A DNA stretch of 64,000 nucleotides from an uncultured bacterium (lineage in GTDB: Bacteria > Acidobacteriota > Thermoanaerobaculia > Multivoradales > JAHZIX01): positions 128,001 through 192,000 of the forward strand of contig CBDUPA010000001.1 of assembly GCA_965368975.1 (NCBI GenBank), written 5' to 3'. The translations under genes were made by a program, and so were the position numbers. The notes under the pieces were generated by a model that was given only the letters and a program-made list of their open reading frames with translations, was not told the origin of the DNA and ran no database searches. Shown one piece after another: positions 28,301 to 37,300 of this stretch (the first letter of the stretch is position 1; the number at the start of each line of letters is the position of its first letter).

Positions 28301-31300
28301 CCTACGTGGTCCTGGCGGATGGGGAAGGTGCCGAGGTGGGCGACCTGCGGGCCGCGCTGGCGGCGATGCTGCCGGACTACATGCTGCCGTCCCACCTGCT
28401 GCGGCTCGATGCGCTACCTCTGACGACGCACGGCAAGGTCGACCGCCGAGCGCTCTTGGCCCGTCCTCTGGCCGAGGCGCTGCCGGGCGCCGGGGTGGCC
28501 CGAGCCTACGTGCCGCCGGCGACAGAGATGGAGGAGACGCTGGCGTCAGTGATGGCGCAGGTGCTGGGGCTGGAGCGTGTCAGTCGCGACGCCAGTTTCT
28601 TCGACATGGGCGGTGACTCGTTGCTCAGCATCCGCGTGATCGGACTGTTGCGCGAGCGCGGTCTGGAGCTCGACTTGCCGCAGCTAATGCGTCATCCGAC
28701 GCTCGCCGAGCTGGCGCCGCACGTGCGCACGATGGGCGAGGAGACGATGACCGTCGAGCCGTTCGCTTTGCTCGACGAGGACGACCGTCGACGGTTGGCG
28801 GGTGATATCGCGACGCGGGGCCTGGTCGACGCCTACCCCTTGACGCGCCTGCAGCACGGCATGCTGGTCCACATGCAGCTACTCGACGACGAACCGCCGT
28901 TCCACAACCTCGACAGCTACCACCTGCGCGGACCCTTCGATCCCGACCACTTCCGCACGTGCATCCGGCGCGCGGTGGCGCGCCACCCGATCCTGCGCAG
29001 CGCCATCGACCTGAAGAGCTACAGCGAACCGCTGCAACTGGTGTATGCCGCCAACGGTTCGCCGGTCGAGGAGGCGGTCGAGATCGAGGACCTGCGGGCG
29101 TTGCCGCCGGACGAGTGCCAGGCGGTGATCGATGCCTTCCTGGACACCCACCGCTCGCGTCCCTGGCCGTTCGACCGGCCGCCGCTGGTGCGCTTCCAGG
29201 TCCACTGGCGGCGCGACGACGAGATCCAGCTGACGGTGATCGAGAACCACGCCATCTTCGACGGCTGGAGCGTGCACGCGACGCTCACCGACGTCTTCGA
29301 CGAAGCCTTGCAGCTGGCCGCCGGCAAGATGCTGGCGCCGGTCGACCCCGACGCCGCACCGGTGCACTTCCGCGACTACGTGGCGCTCGAACGGCGCGCC
29401 GCGGCGTCGACCGAGCACCGGGACTTCTGGCGTCGCTACCTCGCCGGTGCTGAGATCCTGCGTCTGCCGCGCTGGCCGCGACCGCCGCGGCGCAGCGGCG
29501 AGTTGCGGGCCCCCAACGTCGCTCTGATGCTCGAACCGCCCGTCGCCGCTGGCCTGCGGCGGCTGGCAACGGCGGCGGCGGTGCCGATCAAGAGCGTGTT
29601 GCTGGCCGCGCACGTGCAAGTGCTGGCGTGGCTCAGCGGGCGGCGCGACGTGGTCACGGGCGTGTCGACGAACGGCCGTCCGGAAGTGCCGGGTGGGGAT
29701 GACATTCGCGGTCTGTTCCTCAACGTTCTGCCGCTGCGCGTCGACTGGCGACCGGACGCCACCTGGCTCGAGCTGGCGCGCGCCGCCTTCGACGCCGAGA
29801 TGACCATCCTGCCGCACCGCCGCTTCCCGCTGGCCGACATCCAGCACGACCTGAACCGCGGCGAACTCTACGAGCTGATCTTCAACTACGTGCACTTCCA
29901 CGTCGTCGACCCGCTGCTCGGCAGCGGTCTGGAGGTCGTCGACTCGGTGATCCACGACGTCGACAACTTCACCCTCACCGTCACCTGCGGCCGTCTTCCC
30001 GGCAGCGGTGATCCCTACCTGCAGTTCGGCTACAACGCCGACCGCCTGCCGCCGCACCAGGCGCTGTGGTTGCAGCGCCGCTACCTGTGTGCCTTCACCG
30101 CTCTGGCCGCCGATCCCGAGGCCGCGCTCGGTGCTGCCTCGATGCTGACGCCGGCCGAGCGGCAGCAGATTCTCGTCGAGTGGGCGCAGGGCCCCTCGCT
30201 GCCGATGTCCGCCTATGACGGCACGATCCACCATCGCTTCGAACAGCTCGCCGCCCGCATTCCGCACGCCACGGCCGTGGTGTCCGCGTCGGGCCGCCGG
30301 GTGCTGTCGTACGCCGGCCTCGCCATGGCCTCGGCCGCGCTGGCGGTGCGCCTGCGCGCGCAAGGCGTGGGGCCGGAAGTCCCCGTCGCCGTCGAGTTGC
30401 CGCGCGGGGTCGACATGGTGGTGGCCTTCCTGGCGGCACTGCGCGCCGGCGGTGCCTATGTGCCCGTGGAACCGTCGCTGCCGGAGAGTCGGAGAACGTG
30501 GTTGAAGGACGATGCGGGCGTCACGGTGGTGGTGGATGCGGCGTCTGTCGCCCCCGCCCTGGGCCCCCATGGTGAGGTGCCTCTAGAGCAGGCTCCCGGC
30601 TCCGGCGTCCCTTCTCCCCTCGCCACCATCCTCTACACCTCCGGCTCCACCGGCATCCCCAAGGGCGCCCTGCTCGACCACCGGGGCCTGCTGCGCCTGG
30701 TGGCGGACGCCGGCTCGGCGCAGTTCCTGCCCGGCGAGGCGGTGTTGCAGCTGGCGCCGCCGGGCTTCGACGTGGCGGGGGCAGAGATCTGGGGCGCGCT
30801 GCTCAACGGCAGCCGCCTGGCGATGGTGCCCGACGGCACGCCGACGCCGGCCAGCCTGGAAGACCTGGTGCTGCGTCATGGTGTGCGTTCCTCGATCCCG
30901 ACCACTGGTCTGTTCCACCAGCTGGTCGACGAGGCACCGCGCGCCCTGCTGCCGCAGCGGCGGGTGATCGCTGGCGGTGACGTGGTGTCGCCGGGGCACG
31001 TGCGACGCCTGCTGGAGATGGCGCGTGCCGACCGTCGCTGCGACATGGAGATGGTGCAGTCCTACGGGCCGACGGAGGTCAGCGTGCTGTGCGTGCTGGC
31101 GCCGCACCGGCGCCCGGCCGATGTGGTGGCATCGGGGCCGCTGCCGCTGGGCCGGCCGCTGTCGGAAACGCGGGTGCGCGTGCTGGACGTCGAAGGTCGC
31201 GCCGCGGCAGCCGGCGTGCCGGGTGAACTGTGTCTCGGCGGTCCGGGCCTGGCGCGCGGCTACCAGCGCCGACCGGCGCGCACGGCCGAGGTCTTCGTGC

Positions 31301-34300
31301 CCGATCCGTGGGCGGGATGCTTCTCCGGGAGTCACGCTGCAGGCGTCGAGGCGGGGGCACGGCTCTACCGTACCGGCGACGCGGCGCGCTTCCTGCCCGA
31401 CGGTCGTCTGGAGTTCCTCGGGCGTCTCGATGGCCAGGTCAAGATCCACGGCGTGCGCATCGAGCCGGGAGAGATCGAGGCGGCGCTGCGGGCCCATCCG
31501 GCGGTCGACGACGGCGCGGTGGTCGTGGTCGGTGAGGGCGCTGAGGGCAAGCGTCTGATGGCGGCGATGGTGATCCGCACGGCGACCAGCGATTCGACCG
31601 GCGACGCGACCGAGGACACGGTGGCAGACTTCCTGCACAGCCGCTTGCCGGCAGCGATGGTGCCCGGGCGCCTGGTGTGCGTCGGCGCTCTGCCACTGAC
31701 GGCGCGCGGCAAGGTCGACCGAGCGGTGCTCGCCGAGCAGATCCTGCAGGCGCTGGAGGCCGAGCAGCAGGGGGCCGTGGAGCCACCCGCCGAGGAGGGA
31801 GAGGCCCGGGTCGCCGCCATCTTCCGCGAGGTGCTGGGCATCCAGAAGATCGGCCGCGACGACGACTTCTTCCGCCTCGGTGGACACTCGCTGCTGGCCA
31901 CGCGTGCGGTATCGCGCATCTCGCGTGACTTCGGCGTCACGCTGCCGCTGTCGAAGTTCTTCGGCAACCCGACCCCGGCGGCGCTGGCGGCGTTACTACA
32001 ACCAGATGGTGGAGAAGCAGCGACCGAGGCAGAAAAGGCAGGCTCAGGGCAGCTGCTCTCCTTCGCCCAGCTACGCCTGTGGCCGCTGGTGAGCACGCAC
32101 CTCGACGCGTCGTGCTGCAACCTGCCGCTGGTCCTACGCCTCGACGGACGGCTGCGTCCAGCGCAATTGACGGCAGCGGTGGCGCAAGTGGTCGAGCGGC
32201 ATTCCGTGCTCCGCACCACCTTCTCGTCGACTTCCGCGGAACCTGTGCAGCGACTCACTGCTCCGTTCAGGCCTCGCTTGCCGGTGGTCGATCTGAGCGC
32301 CTTGATCGACGGCCAGCGTCAGCGCGTGGCGCAGCGACTCGGTGACGCGTCACGCTGTCGTTCCTTTAATCTGCGCCGCGGCCCCCTGCTGCGGCTGCTA
32401 CTGCTGCGCTTGTCGTCCGCCAAAGCTGCGCAGCAACACCTCGCCGTGTTCACCTTGCACCAGCTGGTCGCCGACGCCTGGTCGGCCCGCCTGCTGGTGC
32501 ACGAGGTGTCGCAGCTCTACGCCGCGTCGATCGAGCAGCGCCCGTCGCCGCTGGCCGCGCTGGCGCTGCAGTACGGTGACTATGTCGACTGGCAGCGGGG
32601 CTGGATGCAGGGCGAAGTGCTCGAGCAGGAGCTGGCCTGGTGGCGCGAGGAACTGCGGGGCGCGGCGTGGGATCTGCCCTTGCCGAGCGACCGATCTGCC
32701 GCTGCCGGAGACGTGCCGGAACTGCCGATCCGAGGCGTACCCATCACGCTGTCATCCACGCTCACCGCCCGCGTGCACGAACACGCTCGGCAGGTCGGCG
32801 GCACACCCTACATGGTGCTGCTGACAGCGTTCCAGGTGCTTCTCGGTCGCTGGGTGGGCAGCACGGCAGCCACGCGCGAAGACAGCCGCGACCTGGTGGT
32901 CGGCACGCCCATTCCGGGGCGTCCACGGCCCGAGCTGGAGGCGCTCCTGGGGCGCTTCGCCGACCTCCTGCTGGTGCGTGCCGAGTTGCCGCCCGGTACG
33001 ACCTTCTCGGCGCTGCTCCGGCGTCAGCGCCAGCGCATCGTCGACGCCCACGCGCACCAGCACCTGCCGTCGGCTCTGCTGATGGCTCCCGCGGCCGAGT
33101 CCGTATCGGCACTCTTTGCGCTGGAGCCGGCCACACCGGCTGACTTCGACCTGCTGGGTGTGCGCGTCGAGCAACTGGCTGCCGGACCACGTGCCGCTGG
33201 AGTCGAGGTCGCGCTGCGTCTGGCGGAGCAGCCGGCGGAGCCACCAGCCGCGTCTGGTACGTCTCTGGTGGGCAGTTCCCTGACAGGCAGCCTCGAGTAC
33301 CGCCCCGAGCGCTTCGACACCACCACGATCCGTCGCCTGGCCAGTGCCTTCGAGTGCCTCCTGACGGCTGCGCTGGCGAAGCCGGAGCGTCCGCTGGACG
33401 CCTTGCCGCTGCTGTCAACCGCCGTGCGCCACCAGGTGCTGTGCGAATGGGCCCAGTCCGAAGCTCGCGAAGACGAGACGGGCCCCGAGACCGGCATTCT
33501 CGACCGCTTCGCCCACCAGATCCGGGTGCGGCCGGACGCGGTAGCGCTCAGCTGGCAGGACGACCTCGCCGCCGCCGGGCACAGTCTCAGCTACCGGGTG
33601 CTCGCCCGGCGTGCCGCGTCGCTGGCCGAAGAGTTGCGCGCTGCCGGCGTAGGTACCGAGACGCCGGTCGCCATCGAGCTCGAGCGCGGTCCAGAGCTGA
33701 TCCTTGCGCTGCTGGCGATCGTGCAGGCGGGGGGAACGTATGTGCCGGTCGATCCGGCGTATCCGGCGGCGCGGCGGCAGTGGTTGATGGATGATGCGGG
33801 CGTCCAGGTGGTGGTGTCAGAAACTGGAATACGGCGCCGGAGGGGGGCGGCAACGCCCGGTCCGGGCACCCGCCCGGCAGATGGCCAAGCCCTGCTCTAC
33901 ATTCTCTACACCTCCGGCTCCACCGGTGTGCCGAAAGGCGTCGGCACGCCCGACCGCGGCGTGTTGCGCCTGGTCCAGGACGGTGTCTACGCCGACTTTG
34001 GACCGGACCAGACGTGGCTGCAACTAGCGACGCCGTCGTTCGATGCTTCGACGGTGGAAATCTGGGGCGCGTTACTGCACGGTGGCCGGCTGGCGCTGTA
34101 TCCGCCGCGCGTGCCCTCGCCGGCGGCGCTGACGGACTTCGTGCGTCGCCAGGCGGTGACCTCGATGTGGTTGACGGCGGGCCTGTTCGAGCAGGCGGCA
34201 CAGCACCAGGAGAGGGCAGCCACCGCTGGACTCGGCGCCGAACCCTACGAGGGACCGCGCTGGCCGACGGCGCGTCAGCTGCTGGCGGGGGGCGACGTGG

Positions 34301-37300
34301 TGTCGCCGGCGGCGGTGCGGCGGATGCTGGCGGCCAACCCGCGCTTGACGGTGATCGACGGCTACGGTCCGACTGAGAACTCCACCTTCACCACCTGCGC
34401 CCGCATCGCGCGCCACGAGCTGGAACACCCGGAGACCCAGTCTGCCAAGCCCCTGCCCATCGGTCGACCGATCGCCGGCACTGACGTCTACGTGCTCGAT
34501 AGCGCGCTCCGGCCTGTGTTGCCCGGCGCGGTAGGCGAGCTGTGCACCGGCGGAGCGGGGCTGGCGCGCGGCTATCTGGGACGACCAGCGCGCACCGCCG
34601 AGGCCTTCGTGCCGCATCCCTTCGCCGGCCCGACGGACCGCGGTCGACGTCTGTACCGCACCGGCGACCGCGTGCGTTTCCGCTCTGACGGCCGGCTCGA
34701 CTTCCTCGGGCGCCTCGATCGCCAGCTCAAGCTGCGCGGCTTCCGCGTCGAACCGGGGGAGATCGAGGCGCGGCTGCAGCAGCGGCCGGATGTCGAAGCG
34801 GCGGCGGTTGTGGTGCTGGGAGAGGGTACGGCTCTGCAGCTAGTGGCGGCAGTGTCGGTCGGCGCGACGTCACTGGAAGGCTCAACATCGCTCGAAGACC
34901 GTGAACTCAGTGCCTTGCTGCTCGATGACCTGCGCGGGCAGCTGCCGCCCTACCTGGTACCCGCCGAGTTGACGGTGCTGCCCGCCCTGCCGCTGACCCC
35001 GCAGGGCAAGATCGACCGTCGTACCCTGGCGCGGCAGCTCGAGGCGGTGTGGCGCGATGGGGGCTCGCACGAGGTGCCGCACGACGGGACGAGTGCGGCC
35101 GCTGTTGCAGAAGAGAGAGTCCACCACCAGGCGGTGGTACCGGAAATCGTCGCCGAGGAGGAAGCCCCGTCGACCGAGGAAGTCCCGTCGACCGAGGAAG
35201 CCCCGTCGACCGAGGAAGTCCCGTCGACCGAGGAAGCCCCGTCGACTGAAGAAGCCCCGTCGACTGAAGAAGCCCTGCGCGAGATCTTTGCTCGCGTGCT
35301 GCGGCGTCCGCACGTCGGCGTGGGTGACGACTTCTTCAAGCTCGGTGGGCACTCGCTGTCGGCGACGCAGGTGATTGCCTTCATCGCGCGCGACCTGGAG
35401 GTCGACATCCGCCTGCGTACCTTCTTCGATCACCCGACCGCCGAGGCGCTGGCACCGCACGTCGACCGAGCGCGCCGGCCGGCAGCATCCGCGCCGCCAG
35501 CAGTTCCGGCCTCGGCTCAGCCTCAGCCGCCCGCTGCCGAAGACACGGTGGCCCCTTCGCCGGGAAGCCTCGAGCCGCTACGGGCGTCGAGCGAGAGTCG
35601 AGGCGGCGACGGCGTCGAGGCGTCGCTTTCCTTCGCGCAGGAGCGCCTGTGGCTGATCGAGAGGCTGCACCCGGGCTCGTCGGCCTACAACGTGCCGGCC
35701 GTGCTGCGCCTGCGCGGACTGTTGCGACCCGCGGCCTTGACGCGCACAGTGAGCGAGATCGTGCGCCGGCACCAGGTGCTGCGCTCCAGCATCCGTGGCG
35801 ACGGTGACGGCGCGGTGCAGCGCGTCGAGCCTTCGCGCCCGCTGGTGGTGCCGGTGGTCGACCTGCAGCGGCTGCGGCCGGCTCGGCGGGCGTCGGTAGC
35901 GGCGTCTCTGCGCGACACTGAGGCGTCCGTACCCTTCGATCTCGCCAAGGCCCCGCTGCTGCGCCTACTGCTGCTGCGCCTCGCACCACTCGAGCACACG
36001 GCCGTCTTGACCGTCCACCACATCGCCTCCGACGGCTGGTCGATGGGCATCCTGGTGCGCGAGCTCACGGCCTTGTACTCGGCATTGGTGGGTTCTGGCG
36101 CCGTCGAGGAGGCGCCCGCTCGAGCAGACCGGGTGCTGCCCGAACTCGAACTGCAGTATGCCGACTTCGCCAGCTGGCAGCGAGGCTGGCTGCAGGGTGA
36201 CGTGTTGCAGCAAGAGATCGACTGGTGGCTTCGCCAGCTGCAGGGGGCACCGCGGGTGCTGTCCCTGCCGGTCGACCGTCCGGCGGCCGGACCGCAGGCG
36301 CGCGACTGGAGCGGCGGTAGTGCCCCGATCGCGCTGTCCAAGGAAACGACCGAGCGCTTGCGCGAGCTGGCCCAGAGCCGCGGCGCAACGCTCTTCATGG
36401 TCCTACTCGCCGGTTTCCAGGCCGCTCTGGGTCGTTGGTGCGGCCAGCGCGACCTGCTCGTTGGCTCACCGGTTGCCGGTCGCACGCGTGCCGAGCTGGA
36501 ACCGCTGGTCGGTTTCTTCGTCAACACCATCGTGCTGCGTGGCCGGCTGCAGGGCAGCTTCCTCGACCTGCTCGACCAGGCGAAGCAGCACACCCTGGAC
36601 GCCTACGAACACCAGCACCTGCCGTTCGCCCGCCTGGTCGAGGCCGTGGCCGAGGACCGCGAGCTGGCACGCTCGCCGCTGGTGCAGGTGCTGTTCGTGC
36701 TGCAGAATGCGCCGTCCGAGCAGCTGCGGTTGCCGGAACTCGAGATCAGTGGCGAGAGCCCGGCCAGGCCGGAGGCCAAGTTCGAGTTGACGCTGGCCCT
36801 GGGGGAGACAGCAGACGGTCTGCGCGGTGGTCTCGAATACCGCCGCCAGCTGTTCGACGCTAGCACTCTGCAGCGCTTGCTGCGTGGCTGGCGTGTGCTG
36901 CTGAGTGCTGCCGTCGCGGCACCCGAGACACCGCTGTGGCAGCTACCCTTGTTCGACGCCGCGCAGCGCCACCAGGTGCTGGTGGAGTGGGGAAGCGGCC
37001 CGATACCCGGCGACATTCGGACTGGCGAGGTACCCGCCGCCATCCACGACGCCTTCGCCGCGATCGCTCAGCGGCAGCCGGACGCCACCGCCGTCAGCGC
37101 CGATGCGGGCGTGCCGATGGCGCTCAGCTATCGTTGCCTGCACGAAGAGTCCGGCCGCCTGGCGGGCTACCTGCAGTCGTTGGGGGTGCGTCCCGGCACG
37201 CCCGTCGCTCTCCTGCTCGATCGCTCGCCTGAGCTGATCCTGGCGCTGCTCGCCGTGCTGCGGGCGGGAGGTGCCTACCTGCCGCTCGACCTGTCCAGCC

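Noticed and set aside
35158-35275. Possible CRISPR or non-coding repeat
   Set aside because: It is a contiguous in-frame 18-bp coding repeat without spacers.
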